Source: Kofleriaceae bacterium (GTDB lineage Bacteria; Myxococcota_A; Polyangia; Haliangiales; Haliangiaceae). Taken from it: a stretch of 64,000 nt of DNA. This document shows positions 45,400 through 55,600 of this stretch, one piece after another. The DNA is taken from positions 14,265 through 78,264 of the forward strand of contig JBDTJY010000032.1 in the NCBI GenBank assembly GCA_039935615.1, in the 5' to 3' direction. Positions within the stretch are counted from its first letter, which is position 1. Each line of letters begins with the position of its first letter. A program made the translations under genes and the position numbers. The notes under the pieces were generated by a model. The model had not been told where the DNA came from. It saw only the letters and a program-made list of their open reading frames with translations, and made no database searches.

Positions 45400-46082
45400 C
45401 GCGGACGATCCTCGTCGTCGAAGATGAAGCGCCGATGCGGCGGTTCCTCGCGTCGGCGTTGACCAGCCACGGGTTTCGCGTCGAGGAGGCCGCCACCCTC
45501 GCGCACGCCGAGCGGATCGCGACCGAGACTCGCCCCGCGGCGATCCTGCTCGACCTCGGCCTCCCCGATGGCGATGGTCTCGACCTGTTGCGCCGGCTGC
45601 GCGAGTGGTCGAACGCACCGGTGATCGTGCTGTCGGCGCGCGATCGCGAGGACGACAAGGTGCTCGCGCTCGACGCCGGCGCCGACGACTACCTGACCAA
45701 GCCGTTCGGCACGAGCGAGTTGCTGGCGCGGATCCGCGTCGCGCTCCGCCACGTCCACGGCCAGACCGTGCCCGACGATCCGATGATCGTGGTCGGGCCG
45801 ATCGCGATCGATCAGGCGCGCCACGAGGTCAGCGTCGACGGGGCGAGCATTCACCTGACGCCGATCGAGTTCCGCCTCGTGGTCCTGCTCGCGCGTCACG
45901 CCGGCAAGGTGCTCACGCATCGCCAACTGTTGAACGACGTGTGGGGCCCGCGCAACGCGCATCAGAATCACTACCTGCGCGTTCACATGGCGGCGTTGCG
46001 CCGCAAGATCGAGGTCGATCCGGCGCGGCCGCGGTGGCTGACGACCGAAGCGGGCATCGGCTATCGCCTGAAGGACGAGTAG
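45396..46082 (+). CDS. kdpE: OmpR-family response regulator KdpE
   Basis: 228 aa from ATG 45396 (ATGA overlap). ILVVEDE, LLDLGLPDGDG, VIVLSARD, winged-helix LTPIEFRLVVLLARHAGKVLTHRQLL..VWG. Confidence 0.9.
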   Translation: MTRTILVVEDEAPMRRFLASALTSHGFRVEEAATLAHAERIATETRPAAILLDLGLPDGDGLDLLRRLREWSNAPVIVLSARDREDDKVLALDAGADDYLTKPFGTSELLARIRVALRHVHGQTVPDDPMIVVGPIAIDQARHEVSVDGASIHLTPIEFRLVVLLARHAGKVLTHRQLLNDVWGPRNAHQNHYLRVHMAALRRKIEVDPARPRWLTTEAGIGYRLKDE

Positions 46083-46084
46083 CG

Positions 46085-46471
46085 CTACGCGGTGATCGCG
46101 GCGATTCGCTTCGCGAGCTGCTTCTGCTCGTTGCTCGGCTCGGCCGTCTGCATCGCCACGACCTTCGCGAGGTCGCCTTCGATCACGAGCTCGCCGAGCA
46201 TGAACGCCTGGACGCCGGCGGCGGCATCGGCCTCGACGAACAGCTTCTTCGCGAGCGGTTCGTCGAGCGTGATCGTCGCGTCGGCCTTGGCCCGATGGCC
46301 CTGCGCGACGATGCCGTCCTTCAAGAACAGCGGGACGTCGCCGGTCGGCCGCTTGATCGTGACGTTGACCTCGACCGCTCTCATCGGCGCCGGCAGGTTG
46401 AGATCGCCGGCCGCCGCGATCAATTGCTGGACCTCGGCGAACCACGGATCGGACAGGAACGGATGGGGCAT
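46085..46471 (-). CDS. SCP2 sterol-binding domain protein
   Basis: 128 aa from ATG 46471 (MPHPFLSDPWFAEVQQL...). ...AGVQAFMLGELVIEGDLAKVVAM is typical of the SCP2 C-terminus. Confidence 0.75.
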   Translation of the reverse strand: MPHPFLSDPWFAEVQQLIAAAGDLNLPAPMRAVEVNVTIKRPTGDVPLFLKDGIVAQGHRAKADATITLDEPLAKKLFVEADAAAGVQAFMLGELVIEGDLAKVVAMQTAEPSNEQKQLAKRIAAITA

Positions 46472-46643
46472 TGCGCGCACGCTACCCAATTCTCGCGCGC
46501 AGAGGTTCGCTCAAGATGCTGTGACGCAGATTGCGGAAATACCCTGCAAATCTCGACCGAGTGCGACGGCGAGCGCGCATTCGGTCAAGAGCGTTCAGCG
46601 CGTGGTTCGCGATGCGCAGCGGGCTCGTGGCATACGAGATGCG

Positions 46644-48206
46644 GTGAGGAAACACGTATGGTGGCTCTTGTTCTCGGTTGGTTGCGCGACGCCTCTCAAC
46701 GATCCGCCGCTGCCCACGTCTGATCCTCGACCGGACTTTCGCGAGGCGCAAGCGCTGACGCCGTCGCTACGTCCACCCGTGACGAGCGGGACGTGGACGC
46801 CGGTCGCCGCCTCCGCGGCATTCGCGGGCTCGAACCCGCTGTTACTTCCCGACGGCACGGTCATGCTGCAGGACACCGGCGCCGCGGACTGGTGGAAGCT
46901 CACGCCCGACAACACGGGGAGCTACATCAACGGCACGTTCACCCAACTCGCCTCCACGGGCTCCTACGCTCCGTTGTATTACGCCGAAGCGGTGCTGCCC
47001 GATGGCCGCGTGATCGTCGAAGGAGGCGAGTACCTCTCGAACGCCCAGGTCGACACGACGCAGGGCCAGATCTACAACCCCGCGACGAACACCTGGGCGA
47101 CGATCACGCCCCCGAGCGGTTGGTCGACGATCGGCGACGCCAGTGGCGTCCTGCTCCCGAACGGCACGTTCCTGCTGTCGTCATGTTGCGATCCTGGCGG
47201 TCCCCAGGCGCTCCTCAATGCGACCGCGCTCACCTGGACCTCGACGGGCACGGGCAAGGCGGACTTCAACGACGAGGAGGGCTGGACGCTACTTCCCAAC
47301 GGCAAGCTCCTCACGGTCGATGCGAACAACACGACGAAGCCGCTGAACTGGGAGACCTACGATCCAGCGACCGGCGCGTGGACGAGCGACGGGAACGTTC
47401 CGGTGTCGCTCGTCGACGCTGCGTCTCACGAGATCGGCCCCGCGATCCTGCGGCCCGATGGCACCGTGCTCGCGACGGGAGCCACCGGACACAACGCGGT
47501 CTTCGACTCCTCGACGATGACGTGGTCCGCGGCGCCCGACTTCCCGACCGGCAACGACATCGCGGACGGGCCCGGTGCGCTCCTGCCCGACGGCAACGTG
47601 CTCGTCGCGGTTAGCCCCGGCGTGTTCCAGACCGGCACGTCGTTCTTCGAATGGGACGGCGCGACGTTCACGATGGTCGCCGCACCCTCGGGCGCGGTGA
47701 GCGATAGCTCGTATCAGGTCAACTTCTTGGTCCTGCCCACGGGTCAGATCCTCGAGACCGATCAGGTCGGCAACATCGAGGTCTACACGCCCGCCGGTGC
47801 TCCGGACCCGAGCTGGTCGCCTGTCATCACCGCGATCCCCGTCGAGGTGAGCGCGAGCAACCCGAACCCGCCGACGGCGCCCGCCAACGCGGTACCGCTC
47901 GTCACGCTCCACCGCGGCCGCACGTACCAGGTGTGGGCCGATCGGCTGAACGGCCTGTCGCAAGGCACGTATTACGGCGACGACACGCAGGCCGCCACGA
48001 ACTTCCCGATCGTGCGGATCACGAACGCGGTGACCGGGCACGTCGCGTTCGCGCGCAGCCACCACAACAGCACCTACGCGATCGGACCCAGCGTCTCCGG
48101 CACGACAAAGTTCGACGTCCCGGCGACGCTCGAGACCGGTACCGCGACGATGTCGCTCGTCACCAATGGCATCGCCTCACCGGCGATCACCGTGGAGATC
48201 GACTAA
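46644..48206 (+). CDS. Kelch-type beta-propeller lipoprotein with C-terminal Ig-like (galactose/glyoxal-oxidase E-set-like) domain
   Basis: GTG 46644 gives MRKHVWWLLFSVGC (short lipoprotein signal). Repeated LPDG/LPNG...G blades. The track ORF 46092.. is over-extended through the antisense of the SCP2 gene. Confidence 0.75.
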   Translation: MRKHVWWLLFSVGCATPLNDPPLPTSDPRPDFREAQALTPSLRPPVTSGTWTPVAASAAFAGSNPLLLPDGTVMLQDTGAADWWKLTPDNTGSYINGTFTQLASTGSYAPLYYAEAVLPDGRVIVEGGEYLSNAQVDTTQGQIYNPATNTWATITPPSGWSTIGDASGVLLPNGTFLLSSCCDPGGPQALLNATALTWTSTGTGKADFNDEEGWTLLPNGKLLTVDANNTTKPLNWETYDPATGAWTSDGNVPVSLVDAASHEIGPAILRPDGTVLATGATGHNAVFDSSTMTWSAAPDFPTGNDIADGPGALLPDGNVLVAVSPGVFQTGTSFFEWDGATFTMVAAPSGAVSDSSYQVNFLVLPTGQILETDQVGNIEVYTPAGAPDPSWSPVITAIPVEVSASNPNPPTAPANAVPLVTLHRGRTYQVWADRLNGLSQGTYYGDDTQAATNFPIVRITNAVTGHVAFARSHHNSTYAIGPSVSGTTKFDVPATLETGTATMSLVTNGIASPAITVEID

Positions 48207-49240
48207 TGCGCGCGATCATCCTCGCCGTCCTGCTCGCTGCCTGCGGCAACAACAACGGCGACAACAACACCGACGCGCAAGGCAGCAACTCGCCCGACGC
48301 CCCGTTGCCATGCGATTACACCGAGACCAGTGACGGCGCGAACGCGACGACCGCGGAGACGACCAACGTCACCGTCGGCGGCGGCGACCGGACCCTGTGC
48401 GGCACGATCGATCCGGGTCACTTCAACCCGACCTCGAAGACGGTCGACGAGGATCACTACCGAATCGCCGTCGGCTCGAACGGCGCGCTGCTCGTGCGCT
48501 TCTTCGGCGACCCCGGGATCGAGACGCTCTCGCTCTACTCGGTCTTGATCTTCGACACCGCGAACCCTCCGGCGCTGATCAACGGCGGGCACTTCGACTC
48601 CACGCTCGGCGATCACGGCGTGTTCCGCACGTCGCTGCCCGCGGGCAGCTACGACGTCGTGGTGCGCGGCCAGGCCGCAGCCGACCTGTCCGCGGCGATC
48701 AACTACAAGGTGCGGATCCTCGCCGAGTCGCCGTGCGCCGCCGTCACCGCCGCGGCGAGCTACACCGAGACCTCCGACGGCGCGAGCAACACCGGCAACG
48801 ATATGATGACCGTCAACTTCGCCGCCGACCCGTCGTTCGCGCCGACCACGGCGACGACCGACGCCGCCGAGGCGACCGGCCTCACGATCGACGCGATGAC
48901 GCCGGTGCGGGTGAGTGGCTCGAGCGCGAGCGTCGCCGCGGGCAGCGACCAATACCTGGATCGCGACACGTATCAGATGATGACCGGTGCGTCGACGAAC
49001 GAGCTGGCGGTGCGGCTCGGTTGGCAGGGCACGGTCGATCTCGACTACCTCGTGTTCAAGGACGGCACGACCACCGCGACCGGCGCGAGCACCGCCGCAT
49101 CGACGACCCCCGACGAGTACGCGACGTTCGCGGTCGAGCCGAACACGAGCTACTGGGTCTGGGTCGGCGCGACCAAGGACAGCACCGGTGCGCCGGCCGC
49201 CTATGACGTGTCGGTGTGCGGCGCGCAGGTCGCGCCCTAG
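48206..49240 (+). CDS. Lipoprotein with two pre-peptidase C-terminal (PPC)-like domains
   Basis: ATG 48206 shares one base with the upstream stop (TAATG). MRAIILAVLLAACGNNNG. Two units containing DEDHYRIAV... and DRDTYQMMT... Confidence 0.75.
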   Translation: MRAIILAVLLAACGNNNGDNNTDAQGSNSPDAPLPCDYTETSDGANATTAETTNVTVGGGDRTLCGTIDPGHFNPTSKTVDEDHYRIAVGSNGALLVRFFGDPGIETLSLYSVLIFDTANPPALINGGHFDSTLGDHGVFRTSLPAGSYDVVVRGQAAADLSAAINYKVRILAESPCAAVTAAASYTETSDGASNTGNDMMTVNFAADPSFAPTTATTDAAEATGLTIDAMTPVRVSGSSASVAAGSDQYLDRDTYQMMTGASTNELAVRLGWQGTVDLDYLVFKDGTTTATGASTAASTTPDEYATFAVEPNTSYWVWVGATKDSTGAPAAYDVSVCGAQVAP

Positions 49241-49323
49241 TCCGGACCGAGCGAAGCCCGACGAGGTGCGCCGCAGGCGCAGCGGCGGAACAGCGTAACG
49301 AGGGCCGGACCGCCCCTGTCGAC

Positions 49324-50550
49324 TCAGAACGCGATCGGCGTCGCCGCCGCGGTGCCTTCCCAACACAGGACCGCGTGATCCTTCGTGAGTGCACAGCCGC
49401 GCGTCGCCGTCGCGGAGATCGCGATCGCGTTGGTGACCCCGGCGATCACGGGCGCGGCCGACGTCCCGGTGGCGCCGCAGCGGACCGTGCCGTTGGTCAG
49501 GCGCGCGCACGCACCGCTGACCTCTTCGACCGAGACCAACGCGGGCCACGGTCGCTCGACCTTGCACGCGTGATCGAGATCGATGCAATCGAGACGCTTC
49601 GCGGACTGCACACACGTGCCCGTCGCGAATGCGAGGTGACTGACCTTGCCGGTGGGCAACGCGAACGCGACCGTCGTCGGCGGTGGCGGCGGCTCCGGCT
49701 TCTTGGTCTTCGGCTTCTTCGACTTCTTCGGTTTGGGGGCCGGCTTCTTCGGCTTGGGCTTCTCGGGATGGGCGAACGAGACCGCGGCTCCGCACAGCGG
49801 CTTGTCCGCGAAGCACGTCACCGCACCCTCGGCGAGCGCGCACGGGAGGTCGCGCTCGGCGAGCTCGGTCGCGTGCGCGAGCCCGGTCGGCTTCGGTGCG
49901 CCACCATCGAGCCACGTCCACACCTCGCCGTTGTCTCGCACCGCCGCGTGCGCGGACAGCGCGGCGACGTGATCGATGCCGGCGACCGGGGTCGGAGCAT
50001 GCGAGCCGTTCGCGATCACGTGGCCGCGCGCGTCGACGCTGCCCCAACAGACGAGCGCGCCGCCGCGATCGGTCCCGCACGCGGCGCCGTCGACGGCGAA
50101 GATCCGCACGATGCCGCGCACGCCCGGGACGGCGACCGGCGCCGACACGCCGACGGCCTTGCCGAACCCGATCTTGCCCCAGCACATCACCGAGGTGTCG
50201 TCGATCAACCCGCACACGAGGTCGTCGTTCATCACGAGGTCGACGACGCCGCGGATCGCCGGCGTGACCGGCGTCGCGGAGGCCTGGAGCGTGCCGCTAC
50301 CGAGCTGCCCGTTCGTGTTGCCGCCCCAACAGCGCACCGTAGCATCCGACATCACCGCGCACGCGGCGCCGCGCGCGACGACGACCTGCTTCGCCGTCGG
50401 AGCTTCTCGCTGGACCGCCGCATCGATCGTGATCACCGCCGCATCGGCGACCACCGCGACCGCGGCGCCGTCTTGTAACGGCGAGGGCGGCGGGGGCTCG
50501 CCGTGCTTCGTGCACGCGACTAACAGCAGCGCGGCGACTACGCGCCCCAC
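49324..50550 (-). CDS. RCC1-repeat lipoprotein with Lys/Pro-rich linker
   Basis: GTG 50550 gives MGRVVAALLLVAC. RCC1-like repeats (VRCWGGNTNGQLGSG, VMCWGKIGFG, LVCWGS, VLCWEG). Linker HPEKPKPKKPAPKPKKSKKPKTKKPEPPPPP. The start overlaps the helicase 3' end by 13 nt. Confidence 0.75.
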   Translation of the reverse strand: MGRVVAALLLVACTKHGEPPPPSPLQDGAAVAVVADAAVITIDAAVQREAPTAKQVVVARGAACAVMSDATVRCWGGNTNGQLGSGTLQASATPVTPAIRGVVDLVMNDDLVCGLIDDTSVMCWGKIGFGKAVGVSAPVAVPGVRGIVRIFAVDGAACGTDRGGALVCWGSVDARGHVIANGSHAPTPVAGIDHVAALSAHAAVRDNGEVWTWLDGGAPKPTGLAHATELAERDLPCALAEGAVTCFADKPLCGAAVSFAHPEKPKPKKPAPKPKKSKKPKTKKPEPPPPPTTVAFALPTGKVSHLAFATGTCVQSAKRLDCIDLDHACKVERPWPALVSVEEVSGACARLTNGTVRCGATGTSAAPVIAGVTNAIAISATATRGCALTKDHAVLCWEGTAAATPIAF

Positions 50551-52679
50551 GTCTTGCCTTCGACCATGCGCAGATCGATCCGGGCGAGCAGCGCCTTCAC
50601 GCGCTCCGCCATGTCGTTGAGCTCGGACAACTTCGACGCCTCGCCCATCTTGTTCGCGAAGTTCATCACGCGCACGAGATACGAGAACAGATTGCCCTCT
50701 TCGTGCTCGAGGCCGTGCTTGTCGACGAACTCGAGAAAGCCCAGCCCGCTGTCCTCGAGCTGCGCCCAGGTCGACTTCGGCTTCTTGCCGCCGTGGAGCT
50801 CGGGGTGCGGAATCTTCGACGAGAACTCCTGGTGCATCAGCTCGATCTTCGTCAGTACGCGCGGGTGTTCCTTCTCCCACTCGGCCTCGACGTCGTCCCA
50901 CGTGATGTGCGGATTGTCGAACCGCAGCTCGCGGAGCTTCGTCCGCATCCACTCGCGCTTCTCGTCCTCGCCCTTGCGATCGAGCTGGCGCTGGATGATG
51001 TCGTGATCGATCAGGTACTCGACCAGCTCGCGGAGCTCGATGTACTCGAGCTGGTGATTGAACAGGATGTACCAGGTCAGCAGCGCGTCCATGCCCTGGA
51101 GCTCGCGGATCATCTGGCCCGAGACCTGGTGACCATGCTCGTCGAGCACGCCCAACGCGCGCATGTTCGCGACGAGCTGATCGAGGATCTTCATCAGCTC
51201 CTTGCGATCGCGATCGCCGAGCAGCAGGTTGTCGATCACCGTCACGATATCGAGCCGCATCGACGGCGGCAGCGACGCCTCGACCGCCGCCATCCGGGTC
51301 TCCGCCTCGGTCGCCCCGATCTTGACCTTCTCGAGATCCGGCAAGCCGATCGCGAGCACCTGCTCGGCGGTGATCTTGGTCTTGCTGCGGAGCTCGGCCG
51401 GCTCGCCCTGGACGAGCTCGGCGTGGGTCTCCGGCGTCCAGATCAGATCGCCGTGCTTCTGCGCATCCGCGCGCGCCCGCCCGTAGACCGACTTCTTCAC
51501 CTTGATCTCGTCGTACGCCGGCCGCTTCGCCGCGTCCTTGAGCTCCTTCTTGAGGTCGCTCACGATCTGCTCCGGCGCGAGCGTGATCGCGAGCCCGCGA
51601 TCATCGAACTGCGGTCGGCCGGCACGCCCCGACATCTGGTGGTACTCGGCCGCCGTGATGATCCGCGGCTCCTTCTTGATGAACTTGCGCAGCGACGGAA
51701 ACACGACCGTGCGCGCCGGCAGGTTGATCCCCGCCGCGATCGTCTCGGTCGACACCACGAACTTGATCAACCGCTCGAGCGCGAGCTGCTCGACGAGCTG
51801 CTTGTAGCGCGGGAGGATCCCCGCGTGATGGATCCCGATGCCATGCGTCAGCAGCGGCCGGAGCTCCTTCGCGACGCCGCTCGGCAGCAGCGCCTCGTCG
51901 CACAGCTTCTCGATCGTCGCCTTCTCTTCGTCGGTCGTGAACCGCCGGCACGACTTCAACAGGCGCGCGACCTCGAAGCACTGCTCGCGACCGAAGATGA
52001 AGATGATCGCCGGGACGTCGCCCGCGTGCGCGAGCCCCTTGACGGTGTCGATCAGCATCTCCTCGCGGAACTCGTGGACGAGCGGCACCTTGCGCTCGCG
52101 CGAGTCGATCAACTCGAGCGGCACGCGGCGGGTGACCTCGGCCCACTGGCAGAACTTCTCGGGATGGCCGACCGTCGCCGATAACACGACGAGCTGGACC
52201 CGCGGATCGAGCCCGATGATCGATTGCTCCCACACGTAGCCGCGCTCGGGGTCGTTGAAGTAGTGACCCTCGTCCATGATGACGACATCGGCCGGCGCGA
52301 CCGCCTTGTCGGCGACGATCCGATTCCACAGGATCTCGGCGACCTCGACCTGGATCGGCGCTTCGCGATTGATCTTGAAGTCGCCGGTCGCGAAGCCGAC
52401 GTTGCCCTCGCCGAAGTCCCCACCGAGCTCGCGATACTTCTCCTCGGTCAGCGCGCGCAGCGGCGTGGTGTAGACCGCGCTCTCGCGGCGGTGAAACGCG
52501 CGAAACAGCGCGGCCTTCGCCATCAGCGTCTTGCCGGTGCCGGTCGGCACCGTGACCATCACGCTCTTGCCGGCGAAGATCGCGCTGATCGCCTGCTCTT
52601 GCACCGGGTACGGCTCGAGTCCTTTGCCCCACAAAAACTGCTCGTAGAACGCGAGCTCGAGCTCGGCATCGGTGGCCAC
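50538..52679 (-). CDS. Ski2/HelY-like DEAD/DEAH-box RNA helicase
   Basis: 713 aa. Motif I PTGTGKT, motif II DEGH, motif VI QMSGRAGR. C-terminal helical domain resembling the Ski2-type C-terminus. GTG start. Confidence 0.9.
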   Translation of the reverse strand: MATDAELELAFYEQFLWGKGLEPYPVQEQAISAIFAGKSVMVTVPTGTGKTLMAKAALFRAFHRRESAVYTTPLRALTEEKYRELGGDFGEGNVGFATGDFKINREAPIQVEVAEILWNRIVADKAVAPADVVIMDEGHYFNDPERGYVWEQSIIGLDPRVQLVVLSATVGHPEKFCQWAEVTRRVPLELIDSRERKVPLVHEFREEMLIDTVKGLAHAGDVPAIIFIFGREQCFEVARLLKSCRRFTTDEEKATIEKLCDEALLPSGVAKELRPLLTHGIGIHHAGILPRYKQLVEQLALERLIKFVVSTETIAAGINLPARTVVFPSLRKFIKKEPRIITAAEYHQMSGRAGRPQFDDRGLAITLAPEQIVSDLKKELKDAAKRPAYDEIKVKKSVYGRARADAQKHGDLIWTPETHAELVQGEPAELRSKTKITAEQVLAIGLPDLEKVKIGATEAETRMAAVEASLPPSMRLDIVTVIDNLLLGDRDRKELMKILDQLVANMRALGVLDEHGHQVSGQMIRELQGMDALLTWYILFNHQLEYIELRELVEYLIDHDIIQRQLDRKGEDEKREWMRTKLRELRFDNPHITWDDVEAEWEKEHPRVLTKIELMHQEFSSKIPHPELHGGKKPKSTWAQLEDSGLGFLEFVDKHGLEHEEGNLFSYLVRVMNFANKMGEASKLSELNDMAERVKALLARIDLRMVEGKTWGA

Positions 52680-52694
52680 CTTCCACGTGTACCA

Positions 52695-55600
52695 CTAGCG
52701 CGAATGCTGCTGTAGATCCCGCGCCTGGTACACGACGCCGCTCCACACGTCGTGCCACTTCTGCTGCGTGATCTGCCGGAGCAATGCATCGCCTTCACCA
52801 CGCCGGCCGAGGGCCAACAGCGCTTGGGCCTTGCGGAGCAGCGGCGTCGGGTTGGTCTGATCGATCACGATGGCCTGCTGCCAGAACGGCAGCGCGTCGG
52901 CGACCTTGCCGCGGCGTTCGAACGTCTCGGCGACCGTCATGTAACCGGTCCCGGTCCACGGGTCGCGCTCGATCGTCGACGACAATTGCCGCCACGCACC
53001 GGCTTCGTCACCGACCGCGAGCAACAGGTCACCGAGCTGCTGATCGATCTGCGTGTTGCCCGGGTCGACCGCCCGCCACCGCTCGCCCCACGCGAGCGCG
53101 CCCTGCACGATCTTGTCACGCGCGGTGCCCGAGGTCTGCGCCGCGAGTTGCTGCGAGACCGAGATGATCTGCGCGAGCTCGCCGCGCACGGTCGCCATCG
53201 TCACCCGATCGTCATCCACGCGATCCTGTGCCGCCTCGAGGTCGACGAGCCCCTCGGCCAGGTCGCCGCTGTTGATCGCGACCTGTGCCGCGAGCTGATA
53301 CATCGCGCGGGTCGGCGTGCTCGCGAGCATCTGCTTGATCCGGCCCTGCACCCACACGGTCTGGCCGTACGCCATCGCGAGCTGCGCGAGCTCGACCTGC
53401 TTCCCCGCATCGTCGCCGGCGAGCTCTGCCGCACGTGCGAGCACCGGCACCGCATCCTGATGCTGTAGCGCCAGCGGCAACATCGCGACGACGTGCGCGT
53501 AGCTCGTGCTCGGCATCACCTTCGCGCGGAGCTTCGCGTAGAACAGATTCATTCCGACCTGACCCTGCCGCGCCGATGCCATGTAGTTGTGCAGTTGCTG
53601 CAACTGCGGCGGCGCTGCGTCGAGATCGAGATCGTCGACCAGCGCGATCGCCCGGTCGGCGGCGAGATCGATCTTGCCGCGATTGGCCAGCAACTGCGCG
53701 GCCTGTGCGCGCGCCACGTTCTTCATCGAACCGATCGCGTTCGCGTCCCAGATCCGCAACAGCGGCTCGACCGGCTGATCGTACTGGTACATCCCCGCCA
53801 TCGCCGCCGCGAACCGCAGGTCCGACGCCGCGGGCGCCATCGCTTCGACGGTCGCCGCCGCTCCTGCCGCATCGCGTGCCTGGAGCTGCGCCTCGGCGAG
53901 CCGCAGTTGCGAGAGTGCACCGACCAGACCTTCGCGCGACGTCGCGGCCGGTTGGGGGCGGTTGGATTGCTTCACGTAGCCGCGCGCCGCGGTCACGTAC
54001 TGCGCCACGCCGCTGCGCGGGAACGACTCGAGGCTGTTCGCGAGCTGCGCGTCCGACGCCGTCGCGAACCCTCCACTCGCGAGCACCAGGTCACCGAGCT
54101 CGACGCCGCCACGCGTGCGCAGCGCTTCGAACGTCGCGAACGAGAGCGGCTTGTTCCGTTGTGCCGCCGCGGCGACGAGCAACTGCCGCTCGGCCCGCCG
54201 CCACCCGACACTGCCCGCGGTCTCGGCCGCGACTTGCTTCGTCCAGTAGTCGACCGAATGGCCCGGCTGTTCGGCGACGACGCCCGGCAGCGCACCGCCA
54301 TGGGCCCACGCGGTGGCATCCGCGATCGCCTGACGGGTGAAGCCCACCGCGAGTGGTTCGCCGTCGAGCTTCGCCGCCATCGGGCCCTGGGGCCCCCACG
54401 CGATCTCGACGATGCGATGACCGGTGCCATCCGCGATCGAGATCAGGCGCGACTGATCGTCGAACGTCAGCGTGTAGGCCGGCGTCGACTTGCCGTGCAC
54501 CGTCGTCGACAGCGTCACGATGCGACCGCTCGCCGAGACGTCGAAGTACTGCGCGTAGTGCGCCGGGTCCGCGATCCAGATCGGGAGGTACGCGAGGCCG
54601 AGCGCGATGTCATCGCTCGCGACCGGCCGGACCACGTCGAGCCCGAGCTCGGCGTAGCGCCGCGTCCAGGTCGCACCATCGTACGACGCGGTCTCCGCGA
54701 GGCCTTGCGTCGTCGTGCGGCGCCAACCGAGCCGGCGCGCATCGTCGACCGCGAGCTCGCGATCACCCCAGCGATACACGCCGGTCGGCAGCCGCTTGCG
54801 GCTGTCGGCGAGCAGTGCACGCGCGGCGTCGCTGATCGTATGCGTCGCCGGCGTCCCGAACGAGCGGCGGAGCGTATCCGCGGTCTCGAGTGCGAGTCCC
54901 GGAATGAACCCGGTCAGATCATCGAACGTCGGATCGGCCGGATAGTTGAGGTGGAGCAGCGACGTCGCCGCTTGCTGCTTGTAGCGCCAGCCTCCGCCGA
55001 CGCCGCTGCCGTGGCCGATCGTGCCGTAGCCCACCCCGAATCCGCCGCGCCCCTGGCCGAACCCGAAGCCACCGGCGACCTCGCCGTTGAGGTCGCCGCC
55101 GAGGCCGCCGTAGATCGTGCTGTCGTCGGCGCCGGTGACGACAAACTTCTCGTCGGTCGCCGCCTTTTGCGCGTCCGCTTGTTCGTTGTCCAGCGTCCCA
55201 CCGCCCTGCTGGAGCGCAGCTGTCACGACGAACGCCGCGTCGGCGTCCTGCTTGCCCAGCTTGCCCTCGTCGAGCGCCATCGTGCCGCGCGTGGTCTCGC
55301 CACCGCGATCCTCATCCGGCGGCAGGGCATCGATGCTGCGGAGCGCAGAGTGCGCCGTCATCGGGCCCGCCCACGCACGGCGCGTCCAGGTCTCCTGTGG
55401 ATAGTCGTAGCTCGTGAAGATCTGCAGCGGCGCCCGCGCGACCTCCGCGTCGAGCGCGAGGTGCAGCGTCGGTTGCACCGTGTGGACGACTGGAATCGTC
55501 GCCGGCAACACGTACGGCGCCCAGGTATCTCCCGCGCCTTTTGGGACGTCGTACTGGCGGTACATGTCGTCGTTCTCGAGCACGAGCAGCGATGTGTGAC

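Noticed and set aside
46628-46642. Sigma54-like motif TGGCAT-ACGAG-ATGC with correct GG/GC spacing upstream of the Kelch lipoprotein gene.
   Set aside because: The predicted TSS (about 46653) would fall downstream of the only start codon (GTG 46644) that yields a lipoprotein signal peptide. It is probably a chance match.
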